DNA of 64,000 nucleotides from Octopus vulgaris (lineage: Eukaryota): positions 70,866,001 to 70,930,000 of the forward strand of contig OX597817.1 in the NCBI GenBank assembly GCA_951406725.2, written 5' to 3'. The position numbers were made by a program, and so were the translations under genes. Under the pieces are notes generated by a model that did no database searches, was not told where the DNA came from, and was given only the letters and a program-made list of their open reading frames with translations. Shown piece by piece: positions 28,273 to 42,053 of this stretch (positions are counted from its first letter, which is position 1; the number at the start of each line of letters is the position of its first letter).

Positions 28273-28527
28273 GCATGCGTACTTACACGAATACTAATAC
28301 ACACACGTGTATTACCGGCAGAAATAAAAGTTTGTAACTATCATAAGAACCTATGTAAGTACAAACTTTTGCAAATAGTTCAATGAAAAAGAAATATAGT
28401 AATTCATAGCTATAACATGGAACATAAATGACACGAGATAAATGAAAGACAAGTGAGTGTGTTTGTATACGTTTGCATACATTTGCATATATTTTTGAGT
28501 GCTTCTCTCTCTCTCTCTCTCTCAATT

Positions 28528-28610
<83 letters not shown>

Positions 28611-28719
28611 ATGTATGTATATGTGAAGATTTGTATGTTTTGTTTTATATGTATATTTTTCATGCATATTCTTGCCTATCTAGATACGCCCATACATACT
28701 TAAACGGTAAACTTCTGGA

Positions 28720-29404
28720 ACGTTTTACAGATTTCTAGTTCCAGTGATGGCTTGGATCTGTAATCTTCGAATCAGCTTTCTTCTTTCTGGTTTAGAGAAG
28801 CTTAATATATCACAATTGGTATTTAAGCAATGTGTTACATATCCCTGTGCCCCAACAACTACGGGTATAAAACTGAACTTGTAATCTGGATAGAGTAACT
28901 GTAGATTCAATAGTTCAACATAGCTATTTTCTTTTTCGCTGAACTTTAGCTTTATGTTAACATCCGCTGGACAGTTGATGTCCACAACTGTACACAGTTT
29001 CTCTTCTCTATGCCTGATTACGATGTCAGGTCTATTATGTTTATATTTTATTAAGGTTTTCGCTGGGACATTCCATCAGGACTCCTTTTTATCATGAGAG
29101 GCTATGGCTTCTACTATACCGTAGGTTTTTATTTCTTTGACCTCTTAGTTATCTCTTGGACAGATCTCATTATACAGTGTCCGAGCTACATCATGTCTGG
29201 TCGGTAGATAATACCGTGATAACATTTTCGGACAACTGCTTATGATGTGAGTGCTATCTTCGGTGTTAACATCACAAAATCTATTTAGGTTATCACATTT
29301 TGCTGCTTTTTCTGCGTTTCTGTACTTTTTGTGCATCAGGTATTTGGTTGATATTTCTTGTTCCTGGATTGCAAATGCATACCCTTCAAAGTGGGATTTA
29401 GAAA
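28720..29404 (-). mobile_element. R4/Dong-like non-LTR retrotransposon 3' fragment (CCHC knuckle and REL endonuclease)
   Basis: Encodes EGYAFAIQEQEISTKY..RFCDVNTEDSTHIISSCPKML..YYLPTRHD, HNRPDIV..CTVVDINCPADVN and FIPVVVGAQG. It abuts (TATG)n. Confidence 0.85.
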
Positions 29405-30039
29405 TGTATGTATGTATGTATGTATGCATGTATGTATGTATGTATATATGTATGTATGTATGTATCTATGCATGCATGTATGCATACATATGCGAGCACA
29501 TAGGTACATAAGAAGTTGGGGGAAATAGCACTCAAATACCAACGGTAGAGTAAAATATTGCGTAATTGGAACTGAAAATACGTATGTATATATCTATGTG
29601 TGTGTTTTTATGTTTGTGTTTGCTCCACCTCCACTTGACAAATGGTGTTGGTTTGTTTACGTCCCGGTAACTGAGTGGTTCCGCAAAAAGAGACCTAGAG
29701 AATAAAGTATCATGCCTTAAAAAATAAGTACTGGGGTCAATTTGTTCGACTAAGACTTTGAAGGCAGTGCACCAGCACACTGCAATCCATTGACAAAAGC
29801 AAGTAAAAGATAAACGATAAAATATAAAAGATAAAAGAAAGGCAATGATGTAAAGGACGATTACGACATTTAGAAGAAAACGATTCAAATTTAAACTTAC
29901 AAAAAATGCGACAAAATGCATCTGATATACGTATGATAAAAAATAAGGTATCTGCAGCAGTCAGAAACGGTAATATTTTAATTTATTAATATATTAACCG
30001 TTCGGAGGCATATGCCTTGAAATTGTAAAAATATGACAA

Positions 30040-30435
30040 CCCTGAATGTAAAGAGTCTTGTAACTCTTCTCTTTATGGTAATTGTTACTCCAAAAGAGTT
30101 GTTTAAAAGTGTGAGATCCGAGTCGATAAAACTTACACTAGAACCACGGAAAACAGCTTTATGACAAAGCTTTATTTGCACGAAAATTTTTTTAAATATT
30201 TAAAAAATAGGTCTTCAACAAGTTTATCAAAACTCGTATGGCAATTGAAAGAAACCTGTTCTTCCTCTTTCAAAATCCAATGGTCTACTTTGGAAAGACA
30301 AGCCTATTGTAATTCTATGAAATATCTCTTACGCATAGGGGGGAAATGTTTCACTCTCTTTGAAGACAAATCGACCTTGTACTATAAAATCGAACGGCTG
30401 AATTATCGTAGGCATCCATCAAAGTTTTTGATTTT
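30040..30435 (+). mobile_element. Degenerate Penelope-like GIY-YIG endonuclease fragment
   Basis: Encodes CNSSLYGNCYSKRVV*KCEI..TYTRTTENSFMTKLYLH..RSSTSLSKLVWQLKE..FKIQWSTL..RRHPSK. Confidence 0.7.
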
Positions 30436-31168
30436 GTGGCTTTTGCTACAAAACAATGTTTTGATATATTAATATACAATTATTTCTCACTATCGTATAA
30501 GCTTTACTGCTTCAATCATAAACTTCGAATATATAGAATACTGTCAATTTTTCTGTGTTTTTTTTTTTTTTTTTTTTGTCATTTTGAATTTGAATTGCTT
30601 TCTTCCGACTGTCGCATTTAATCTTTAGATAATTTTACAGAAAACTGTTTGATTTTACATTTATCGTTTTGCCCTTAATATGACCTTTTATCAACCAGGA
30701 TTTTATATTATATTATATATTATTCAATATTATTCAATCTCATTCTGAGATTTAATTATGCCTGTATATTATTATATTTCATTTTATTGCTCAATATTTT
30801 TTTTTTCGAAAATTATCTTTCCTACCTTGAATTAACTGGTTTGATTTTTTCCCCATATCCCCAAGTATATATTTTTCATGTTCATACAGATTTCGAAATT
30901 GGATTTTGTCAATTATATTTTGTTCTGCTTTTTCTTCTGTAGCTCTGTAGCTGTGTATGTGTTTTTTGCTCTTGCAACTGTCGCGCTCTTCAGGGATAAT
31001 ACCATTAAGTTTTTATCTATCAAATTTCTGTGCCTAGTGCATGCATTCTAATCCTTTTTACCTCCTGCTATGCGATACAGAAAGTAAAAATACAAATGTG
31101 GAATAAATGTAATTCAAGTCGAAACAATTAGCGGACGTTTGTTTATGGATTTACGTATATACGTGTGC

Positions 31169-31211
<43 letters not shown>

Positions 31212-31221
31212 TATATATATA

Positions 31222-31441
31222 TTCTCTTTTACTCTTTTACTTGTTTCAGTCATTTGACTGCGGCCATGCTGGAGCACCGCCTTTAGTCGAGTAAATCGAC
31301 CCCAGGATTTATTCATTGTAAGCCTAGTACATATTCTGTCGGTCTCTTTTGCCGAACCGCAAAGTTACGGGGACGTAAACACACCAGCATCGGTTGTCAA
31401 GCGATATTGGGGGAGGGGCAGACAAACACAGACACACAAAA

Positions 31442-31482
<41 letters not shown>

Positions 31483-31663
31483 CATACATATACATATATA
31501 CGACGGGCTTCTTTCAGTTTCCGTCTACCAAATCCACTCACAAGGCTATGGTCACCCCGAGGCTATAGTAGAATGCATTTGCCTAAGGTGCCACGCAGTG
31601 GGACTGAACCCGGAACCATGTGGTCGGTAAGCAAGTTACTTACCACACAACCACTCCTGCGCC
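31222..31663 (-). mobile_element. tRNA-derived SINE, family B (full length)
   Basis: Head ggcgcaggagtggttgtgtggtaag; collinear with 6016-6399. Confidence 0.88.
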
Positions 31664-31940
31664 TATACTGTTCACTTTATATGAAACCATAAGTAACAGT
31701 TTGCGATGCCTTTTCAGCTTCAATACAAACACTACATGTATATTTGCATTTATATACGAATATGTGTGCGCAGGCGAACATTCCCTCCTGATTGAGTGGG
31801 GATACTGGAACAATGTGAAATGAAGTGATTTGTTCAAGAACACAACGCGTTGCCCAATCAGGGAATCGAACCCACGATGTAGCGATCGTGTGTGTAACAG
31901 CCTAACCACAAGGCTACATATTTTCACATGTATGTATGTA

Positions 31941-31972
<32 letters not shown>

Positions 31973-31990
31973 CATATAAATAAATATATG

Positions 31991-32070
<80 letters not shown>

Positions 32071-32072
<2 letters not shown>

Positions 32073-32502
32073 GCAATAAGAAAATGGAGGGGATCAATGG
32101 ATGGTTCATCAACTTTTAGACATTATAATATGGTAACTTATTTATTTATTTACTAAAATGACAATTACAAGAATATACATACATTTATAACATATTATGT
32201 TTTACATATGTTATACATGTATGTATATTATTGTAATTGTCAGTTTAGTAAATAAATAAATAAGATAACAATATAATGTCTAAAAGTTGATGAACCATCT
32301 ATTGATCCCCTCCATTTTCTTATTGCTATATAAATTAATGGTAAAATATCTCTTTACGTTCACCCATTTAGTGCACTAGGTAATGTAATTGCAATACAAT
32401 AGGAAACACTTGTGCATTAATAATTGGGTATTCTACCAGCAGTATATTGGATAGATATTATCCCGTAGTTGGTTGGATTCACAACCTCTAACTTTTTTGG
32501 AG

Positions 32503-32504
<2 letters not shown>
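32071..32504. mobile_element. Fold-back PLE-type terminus in (TA)n
   Basis: Inverted arms of about 125 bp (32071-32195 and 32204-32328), with a tail related to 2645-2820. Confidence 0.65.
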
Positions 32505-32540
<36 letters not shown>

Positions 32541-32693
32541 GCGTTAACAGCCCTTCTTGTCTTGTTATTTTCCTTGTCCTGTCTTTTACTGCTTATATTT
32601 TGTACTGTCGTTACTGTCCTGGTTTTGTTACCATTTTACCCCTCTGCAAAAAGATCTCAAATTTGATTTGATTTTCTTTTCGCAGGAAGGAAA

Positions 32694-32769
32694 GTTTCTT
32701 ATCGAAGATACGTCTCGCCTTCACCTTCGAAACGTAGAGTAGATGAAACCATGGCGACTGAAGAAGGGT
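32694..32769 (+). ncRNA. Candidate non-circularly permuted (pseudoknotted) hammerhead ribozyme, family 1 copy 1
   Basis: tacgt-C-tcgcc ... ccttc-GAA-acgta ... ggcga-CTGAAGA-aggg. Stem III is tacgt/acgta, stem I is tcgcc/ggcga, stem II is weak, and the GUC site is at 32714. Confidence 0.65.
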
Positions 32770-33508
32770 TTTTTCCTTGTGTTATTTGTCCTGTACTCTA
32801 TTTTTTGTTGTTTAAGAAAAATGTCCAGTTCCTCGTGTTTGTGTCTATGTTTTCGTTTCTCATTGTGTTCGACGTTTTGTTGGTGTCCTGTACTCATATA
32901 TATGCGTGTATATATACATGTAAAGGTAGGTACGTACATATATGTATATATGCATATGTTTTATTTATTGATATATTATATGACGGAACGTACGCATCCC
33001 TTTCTAAGTAAGATTGTTCTTGATATTTATTTTGATGCGCACTCTTAACCTTTCTGTCCCATCCCTTTCTCAGCCTTCATTCTTTGATTTCCTTTTCTTC
33101 TACTTAACTGTCTCTCCCTCTCTCTCATTCTTCACTCTCTCTCTCCCTCTCTCTCATTCTTCATGGTTTCCTCACAACCATTCCCCTTTCTTCTTTCCCT
33201 TTCTCTTGCTCCTCCTCCTCCCTCCCGTTGTTGACCTGCGACGAGAGCTCCCCTACTGTCTTTCTAGCCGGACCTTCTTGAGGTGTGGACGGCAATTTTC
33301 TTTGCTCCGTTCGCCGTTCACAGAAATTAACGTTCGTAATACTTTTTTTCGTTCGGCGTTAACTGCCCTTCTTGTCTTATTATTTTCCTTGTCCTGTCTT
33401 TTACTGCTTATATTTTGTACTGTCGTTACTGTCCTGGTTTTGTTACCATTTTACCCCTCTGCAAAAAGATCTCAAATTTGATTTGATTTTCTTTTCGCAG
33501 GAAGGAAA

Positions 33509-33585
33509 GTTTCTTATCGAAGATACGTCTCGCCTTCCCCTTCGAAACGTAGAGTAGATGAAACCATGGCGACTGAAGAAGGGGT
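33509..33585 (+). ncRNA. Candidate non-circularly permuted hammerhead ribozyme, family 1 copy 2
   Basis: Same motif 815 bp downstream, with GUC at 33529 and the stem II region ccccttc / agggg. Confidence 0.65.
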
Positions 33586-33791
33586 TTTTTTCCTTGTGTT
33601 ATTTGTCCTGTACTCTATTTTTTTGTTGTATAAGAAAAATGTCCAGTTCCTTGTGTTTTTGTCTATGTTTTCGTTTCTCATTGTGTTCGACGTTATTTTG
33701 GTGTTCTGTACTCATATATGTGTGTATATATACATGTAGAGGTAGGTACGTACATATATATGTCTATATATATATGCATATGTTTTATTTA

Positions 33792-33861
<70 letters not shown>

Positions 33862-33865
33862 ATAT

Positions 33866-34105
33866 AGGGTAAAAAATTATTAATTTCTAATTAATAAATT
33901 TCACCGAGTAGTTTCGGTATGGAAAGGAACCATATTCGGTAAAAACTTATACAAGAAGTTTTATATATAATTATAACAATAATTAAGGGTTTAGCAACAA
34001 GTTGCTCTTGACCACATACCGAAAAATTTATGTAACTGAGAGGGTTGTCAGTGGAGTCATATCTTGTAGCGAAAAGAAATAACGGTCTTTTGGCTGCTAT
34101 TTCTA
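33866..34105. mobile_element. PLE-type terminal remnant with internal inversion, related to 59223-59966
   Basis: 33866-34030 resembles the reverse complement of ttcggtatgtggt...ttttaccc, and 34070-34105 resembles 59880-59920 in forward orientation. (TA)n flanks. Confidence 0.55.
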
Positions 34106-34137
34106 AATATTTGGGTATATATATATATATATATATG

Positions 34138-34270
<133 letters not shown>

Positions 34271-35363
34271 ATCGGATGAGAATTCCTGTATCATCTCTGA
34301 TCTAGGAAAATATCACTTAGTTGGCAAAAATGAATAGTATTTCAAAAGGTTGGCTTTGTTACACTGTGTCACGCTGGATCTCCCCGAGAACTACGTTAAG
34401 GGTACACGCGTCTGTAGAGTGCTCAGCCACATGCCCGTTAATTTCACGAGCAGGCTGTTCAGTTGATCGGATCAACTAGATTCCTCGTCGTCGTAACCGA
34501 CGGAATGCCAGTGATATAAGAATATGTGATTTAAAACTTTATTGATCTTGCGAATACGCGCACGCTTGTTTAAAAATCTGGTATACGCAATTGAAGCTAT
34601 ATTTAATTTAAATAGCCATCTTTGTAACATACTTAACGTATACATACTGACGATAGGCCAGTTGCTGGAGCCTTTGTCTTGAGACATGTGGCTGGCTGTA
34701 AGTTCGTGCCTTTGAAAAGGCTAAAAAAACAAAAAAAAGCCGGAATACATCTGGCGCTCACTAGCCGCTTCTGGTACGAATTTTCGCCACTATCTGGTAT
34801 ATATTATGCTTTTAACACAACAAAACCATAACAGATGTTATCCCAGGACAAATACTACAGTAAATTCAATCCTTACATATTTTAAAGTGTCAATTTTAAA
34901 CGTTAAGCACCGACATGAATTCATATATGAATACATAGACAGATGCATGCATTAAGGGGAATGGGTTAATACCTTCAGTCGGAAAACTTATTATGGCAGA
35001 CGACTGTTAATATATATCTACATACATACATACATACATACATACATACATACATACATACATACATACATACATACATACATACATACATACATGTGTA
35101 TCAAAGGTGGTTTCAATAGTGAAAGTGTAGCAAACCTAATGGCGGTGTCCCTGCATAGCCGCAGCTCTTGAGTTGAAGCTTGTAAATTTGTAAATATGTA
35201 TATAAATATGTAAATATATATTGGCGTGGCTATGCGGTAAGACGTTTGCTTCCCAACTTTATGGTTACGGATTCAGTTTCACTGCGTGGCACTTTGGGCA
35301 AGTGTCTTTTACTATAGCCTCAGCGCGCCCAAACCTTGTGAAACTGAAAGAAGTCCATCATAA

Positions 35364-35396
<33 letters not shown>

Positions 35397-35404
35397 CATA
35401 TATA

Positions 35405-36665
35405 TAGGGTTGGCAAATAAGTTACCACCGTATTTTTAAATTTTGGAATTTATTGCGTTTTTAAATTATGGAATGTATTTGTTTCGAGAATTGTATTTTT
35501 GAATCATTTTGGAATCTATATCTTTTTGTAGTTCATTTTAGTTAAATTTTGTTTATTTTCAGATCATTAAAATGGAATGTCAAGTTAAGAAAAACGAGCA
35601 TTTTTGACACCTTCTTTTTGCTTTTTATCAAAGTTCTAAGACCGCAAAAGCTGCTCGCGACTTGTGCTGTATATGGAGAGGGTGCCATAGCTGAAAGAAC
35701 CGCTCGTGATTGGTATGCCAAGTTCAAAAATGGCAGAACGCACCTCATTGTGGCCGTCCAGTTGAGTTCGATGAAAACCAACTTTTGCACGAAAATTCTA
35801 GTCAAATGACAAGGGAAATGGCAGAGAAAATGGATGCTCCCACACTGCTATACAGAAGCATCTTCACTCGATGGGAAACGTTCAGAAGTATGGAGCATGA
35901 GTTCCGCATGCTTTTAAGTGACAACAACAAAAGTCAACGAGCCACAATCTCTGCTGGTTTGCTTGCTGGTTACCGCTCAACTCATGGACACAAGCAACGA
36001 TTTCGGTACCGAATCGTTACTGGTGACGAAAAATGGTACCTGTACATCAATATGAAACAGTATAAGGAATGGCTTAGCCTCTGTAAACAAGCGACACCAC
36101 GCGTGAAACAAGATCTTCATTCGCGTAAAACGATGATGTGCGTATGGTGGGACTGGGAAGGGATTATCCATTACGAATTGTTTGAACGGAACCAAACGAT
36201 CAACGCGGAACTCTATGTTCAACAGATGAAAGACTCAACACGGCTATTCAAGAGAAAAGACCTAATCGTCAGCATGGAGTTCTTCTGCTGCACGACAACG
36301 CCCGCCCTCATATCGCCAATATGACCAAGGAAGCCATTCAAACGCATGGCTGGGAAGTGCTGCCACACCTGCCGTACTCTCCTGACTTGGCACCAACGGA
36401 CTTCCACTTCTTTTGATCTCTTTCAAATGCTATGTGCGGAGTTTCGTTCAATACTAATGCAGAATTGAGAGCTTGGTTGGTTCAATTTTTCAAGTCGAAA
36501 TCGGGTGATTTCTACCAACGAGGTATCGAAAATCTTGTTGAACGTTGGGAAGAAGTTGTAAACAACAAGGGTGAATACATTATTGAGTAATTAGTTGTTA
36601 TTTTGTATTAAACCTTTAAAAAAATTTTAATTTAAAAAACGGCGGGAACTTAGTTGCCTGCCTAA
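35405..36665 (+). mobile_element. Full-length mariner transposon with pseudogenised DD34D-type transposase (35572-36590)
   Basis: TIRs tagggttggcaaataagtt and aacttagttgcctgccta within TA runs. Motifs VYGEGA, IVTGDEKW, HDNARPH and YSPDLAPTDFH are present with frameshifts and stops. Confidence 0.93.
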
Positions 36666-36915
36666 TATACATATATATATATGTATATATATAATTGCAT
36701 GTCTTTGTCCTCCCACCCACCATCGCTTGACAATTGATGTTGGTGTGTTAACGTTCGCGTAACTTAGTGGTTCGGCAAAAGAGTCCAATAGAATAAGTAC
36801 TAGGCTGACAAAGTATAAGTCCTGAGGTTGATTTGTTCGACTAAAGGCGGTACTCCAGCATGGCTGCAGTCAAATGACTGTAACACGTAATATACACACA
36901 TAGAGTATATGTATA

Positions 36916-36984
<69 letters not shown>

Positions 36985-37247
36985 TTGTGTGTGTGTGTAG
37001 CAGAAGACATGCTATGATCATGCATCAGAGTTTGACCCTTTGCGTTTTCTCTCTTTGATGTTGCCGTCCCAAATAATTCATAATTTTATGAACTTTTTTT
37101 TTTATTTTTGAAAACTGTTCATGATTAATACAACGTTGAAACTAATTATCGTCTACCCTGTGGAGCAAGTATGTGGCGGCATATTTCCGTAAACCAGTAT
37201 ATGTTTATACGCATAGGTTGGTAGTCGGATGGGGGCCACGTGTGTAA

Positions 37248-37301
<54 letters not shown>

Positions 37302-37308
37302 TGTGTTC

Positions 37309-37344
<36 letters not shown>

Positions 37345-37518
37345 GTCTGTGTTCGTGTATGTGTGTGTGTGTGTGTGTGCATGCATTTTGATAGATATGC
37401 AAGATATGCATATGAATATGTATACACTTCATAATGACTGAACTCTTGTTGAAATAACTTCTCACACGTACTAACTTCTAATTATAAACCATATATCTCT
37501 GTATGTATGTATGTATGT

Positions 37519-37815
37519 GACTGCGTGGTAAGTAGCTTGCTTACCAACCACATGGTTCTGGGTTCAGTTCCACTGCATAGCACCATGGGGCAAGTGTCTT
37601 CTAAAATAGCCTCAGGCTGACCAAAGCCTTATGAGTGGATTAGGTAGATAGAAACTGATTGAAGCCCGTCGTATATATATGTGTGTGTGTGTGTGTGTTA
37701 GTGTATGTTTGCTCCCCCCCCCCATCGCTTGACAACCAATGCCGGTGTGTTTACGTTCCCGTAACTTAGTAGTTCGGTCAAACAGACCGATAGAATAAGT
37801 ACTCGGCTTACAAAG
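37519..37815 (+). mobile_element. tRNA-derived SINE, family B
   Basis: gtggtaagtagcttgcttaccaaccacatggttctgggttcagttcc; collinear with other family B copies. Confidence 0.8.
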
Positions 37816-37832
37816 AATTGACCTTGGTGGAA

Positions 37833-38282
37833 CTGGAACTCAGAACGCAGTGACGGGCGAAATACCTATTTCTATTTCTTTACTACCCACAAGTGGCGAA
37901 ACACAGAGACGACAAACAAGGACAGACAAACGGATTAAGTCGATTACATCGACCCCAGTGCGTAACTGGTACTTAATTTATCGACCCCGAAAGGATGAAA
38001 GGCAAAGTCGACCTCGGCGGAATTTGAACTCAGAACGTAGCGGCAGACGAAATACATATTTCTTTACTACCCACAAGGGGCTAAACACAGAGGGGACAAA
38101 CAAGGACAGACAAACGGATTAAGTTGATTATATCGACCCCAGTGCGTAACAGGCACTTAATTTATCGACCCCGAAAGGATGAAAGGCAAAGTCGACCTCG
38201 GCGGAATTTGAACTCAGAACGTAACGGCAGACGAAATACCGCTAAGCATTTCGCCCGGTGTGCTAACGATTCCGCCAGCTCA
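37833..38282 (-). mobile_element. tRNA-derived SINE, family C, with an internal tandem duplication of about 185 bp
   Basis: tatttctttactacccacaag...ggcagacgaaatac is repeated at about 37872 and 38057. Confidence 0.85.
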
Positions 38283-38296
38283 CCAATAATAATAAT

Positions 38297-38672
38297 CTTT
38301 TGTATGATATGTGCATCTCTGATCACACGGAAGTAGTGGGTGAGCATCATAGCCATGTGTTGAAAGGAACTCTTGGAGGTTTGGATAATTCACCTTTGGA
38401 AACATGGGTGTTTCGTTCAAAATCCTTAAACAATCCTTATTCAGGGACCTTTTGATCGGGATGGCTACTCGACCAGAAGGAATTTCTAACTGGGCCCCAC
38501 ATGCAAGGTCATGCACTGTTTATCTTTATATGAGATCACCATGTCACGCACATATGGTTGTGATGCATGGGCCTGGTGTACCCTTATCAGACGGGTAGTC
38601 ATGATGGATATACTGGGCTTCGTATATTTTACCCCAGTGTCCCTTTGATGGCATGCACTACTCTCTCACTCA
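38297..38672. mobile_element. (TAA)n-associated interspersed repeat, partial copy
   Basis: Reverse complement of about 45948-46308, flanked by aataataat. Confidence 0.8.
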
Positions 38673-39934
38673 ATAATGATAATAACAACAAAAATATATA
38701 TTTTTGATTTTTGGCACAAAACCAATAAATTTGAGACGAGCAGGCAAGTATTTTACACCGATCCCAGTGCTTAACTGGTATTTTAGTTTACCGATATCGA
38801 AAGGATAAAAAGCAATACCGACATCGACAGGTTTTGAACAAATATTTCAAAGTTCGATTTCTCCGACGGTGTAACGATTCTGTCAAGCCACCGTTCTATA
38901 TAATAGCTGTCTCTAACGTAGACATTAGGCCTAAAAATTTGGTGGGATGAGATTAATAGATCACTGTGGTCCTAGCATTTGATTAGTACTCTAATTTATT
39001 GGCGGATGCACGTGGCCAAGCTGTTAAAGTCTTGCATTCATGACTGGTTTCGATGCGCTGTGTTCATGAGCAAAACTAATTTCATGTTGCTAGGAAAAGG
39101 GAATAATCCTGCATGTATGAGTAATTGTCCCTTCCCCCACCGCTTGACAATTGATTCTAGATTCTGTACGTGCCCTTTACCAATAGAATAAGTACCAGAG
39201 TTAACAAATAAATACTGGAGTCGATTAAAAGATAAAAGAGGAATCCTTAAGCAAACAAATATTAATTTCTTTTGACTGGACACAATCGTGTGAAACAGAG
39301 ATCCATAGGAAAGGGAAAAGGTTTTGATTAGGAAAACATCTTTGGGATTGTAAACGTATGGAAATAGTCTTTGAGAAGGGATAGACTTGTAGGACATTCG
39401 AATTATAAAACAAAGGAAAAAGCTTTTGACTAGGTATAATTTTGCAAAGAATTAGAATTGTGCATCAAAGGAAACAGCAGTTGTCTCAGTAAACTCTGTA
39501 GGGGTTTGGGGTTGTACGAGAAGTGAAAAGATAAAACATTATACTTGGCATACCTCGTAGGACATTAAAGTTTTAAGAGAGGAGCGTAGCATTTGATAAA
39601 GCATAATTTTGTTAGGTATTGAAGTTGGAAGCAAAAAGAAAACAGTTTCTCACTAGAAAATAATCTGGTTGAACATTATTAGTGTTTTATAGGAAATAAT
39701 TTTTTGAACGGCAGAAGATGCTGAGTTTAATAGCAAAGGAAAATAATAAAAGAACTAGCTTTTGTTCAGGTCCAGTTTTTTGGGGGTTTATAGTTGTAAA
39801 AAAACGAAAGTGACTTTTGACTAGGCACAATACTGTCAGAGAGCGCAAATAGTTTTTGACCAGATAAAATATTGTTAGAAATTAACAGTGGTAATACTGT
39901 CAACAAGAAAATCTTTCAAAATATTATTCAATAG

Positions 39935-40061
39935 CTGGCATAGCTGTGTGATGAAGAATCTTTCTTTGCAATCACGTACGTATTAAACTGTACAGAAACT
40001 TAGGTAAGCGTATTAAACTATAGCCTCGGTCGTCCAATGCCTTGTGAGTAAACTTGGCATA

Positions 40062-40119
<58 letters not shown>

Positions 40120-40326
40120 CATATGTCTGCGTGTTTGTTGCCTGCTTGATGATCGGTGCTGGTTTACGTCTCTGTAACTTGGTGGTTTAGCAAAAGAGAC
40201 GGATAGAATAAGTGTCAGGCTTAAGAAAAATAAAAGCGTAAGTATTGGAGTTAATTTGTTCGACTAAAATCCCAGCATGGCCGCAGTCCAAAGACGGAAA
40301 CGAGTAGAAATAAAAGATAAAAGAGA
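39935..40326 (+). mobile_element. tRNA-derived SINE, family B (diverged)
   Basis: Shares the body and the ccagcatggccgcagtc tail with other family B copies. Confidence 0.7.
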
Positions 40327-40670
40327 TTTAATAAATGACAAGGCGTTCCCAACACCCGACTTGGCAATGCGATATCAGTTCCTCGTTAAATCCTGTTCAC
40401 TTCACTTACGTTGCTCATGGTAATACAGTTTTGCAGACGTGAACAACCTTTGAACCAGTATTGGTGAGCTTGCAGAATCGTCCGTCCTTCCGTTCTGAGT
40501 TCAAATTCTGCCGAGGTCGACAGAAATAAGGATCGATAAAATAAGTAAGTACCAGTTGAGCACTGGAATTGATGTAATCAACTTACCCACTCGCTCGAAA
40601 TTGCTGGCCTTGTGCCAATATTTGAAACCAATATTGATGTGTGCCATAACGTACCCACCACATCCGTATC

Positions 40671-40907
40671 GTATTTCTTTACTGCCCACAAGGGGCTACA
40701 CATAGAGAGGGGGGGACAAACAAGGACAGACAAACAGACTAAGTCGATTATATCGACCCCAATGCGTAACTGGTACTTATTTAATCGACCCCGAAAGAAT
40801 GAAAAGCAAAGTCGACCTCGGCGGAATTTGAACTCAGAACGTAGCGGCAATTCAGAACCGCTAAGCATTTCGCCCGGTGTGCTAACGTTTCTGCCAGTTC
40901 GCCGCCT
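40671..40907 (-). mobile_element. tRNA-derived SINE, family C, with TSD; an older plus-strand copy lies at about 40463-40630
   Basis: TSD-like ccaccacatc(c/a)gtatc on both sides. Confidence 0.8.
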
Positions 40908-42053
40908 TTCCACCACATCAGTATCTTAGCCCTTTAACAGAGGTACCGTTTTCCTAGTGGAGGTGCAAGAAAACCAGAATACATTGAAAAGAGGCCCTGT
41001 CGTATTTTGTCACGGTGAGTTGGCTGATTCGTTAGAACGTCGAACAAAATTCCGTATAGTAGTTAGGTGAGACCTTTTACGTTTTGAGTTCAAATCCTAC
41101 CTAGTTTAATCTTTTTATTTTCACATAAAGTAGATGAAATAAGTACCGGTAAAGCACTGAGGTGATTATTTCTAAAATGTGTGATCTTGTGGCAACAAAA
41201 TTGGAAATAAATCTGTTGCTTCTTGTTATTTGAATGGAATTTTTGACAAATGTATAAATATACCATTTAAAGTATATTACTTGTATATATTTCATTAATC
41301 TCGGAAAAGTTGAGGCATGTAGCTTAGGGGTTAGGATGTTGGACTCCTGATTGTGGTTTCGATTCCTGAACCGAGTTGTGTTCTGAAGAAAAATATATTA
41401 TTTCACGTTGCTCCAGTTCACTCAACTGGCAAGAATTCTGCTGCGGACCGGCATCCCGTCCAGTGGAGAATATATGCGCCACAGAAGCCGCACTTATGAG
41501 TCTATGTGACACGGGAAGGAACTTATTATTTTTTTTTTTTGTATTATTTTCTAATCTCAGAAAGAGAAGTTTAACAAAATATAGAATGAATCGATGCGGG
41601 ACGGCATTTGAACCCTAGAACTGAAATAGAAGAAAGCAAAGAGAGATTTTCATTTAATTTTATGTAACTTACGCTGCGATCAATCAAATTGTTGTGACAT
41701 ATTCCAATTACGCAAAATGAGGATTATAAAAATAACTTTGTAACTGATTATATTGACCCAGATCTGTACTAGCATTTGATTTTTTTTTTCATACCAGAAA
41801 TGATAAAAATATGAATTGATTCGAAGAGTATTTGAACTCGTAATGCAAAGTGAAAAAATTATTCTAACAATTTTAGCCAAGTGTTGTACTCTTGCATTTA
41901 TTATCTTTTTCTTTTTATTTATTTTTATTATTTCATTTTCAGCAAGGCACAAGATTTGTAAGAAGGCATCCACTTATAGGCCGTAAAATATAATGCAGAG
42001 CGTAGCATAAGGTATAGACTACTGTATATCATACAGAAGTAGTATATAATATA

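Larger units (their letters stand above)
32538..33797 (+). mobile_element. Non-coding tandem retroelement (815-bp unit, about 1.5 copies; retrozyme- or pLTR-like) in (TA)n
   Basis: Direct repeats of about 440 bp start at 32538 and 33353, each with a rearranged hammerhead. There is no credible ORF. A third partial copy is at 1419-1660. Confidence 0.8.

Noticed and set aside
31060-31137. Hammerhead downstream of the PLE fragment at 30040-30435
   Set aside because: Only gtcGAAACaatt is recognisable; the CUGANGA box and stems are too decayed to support a call.
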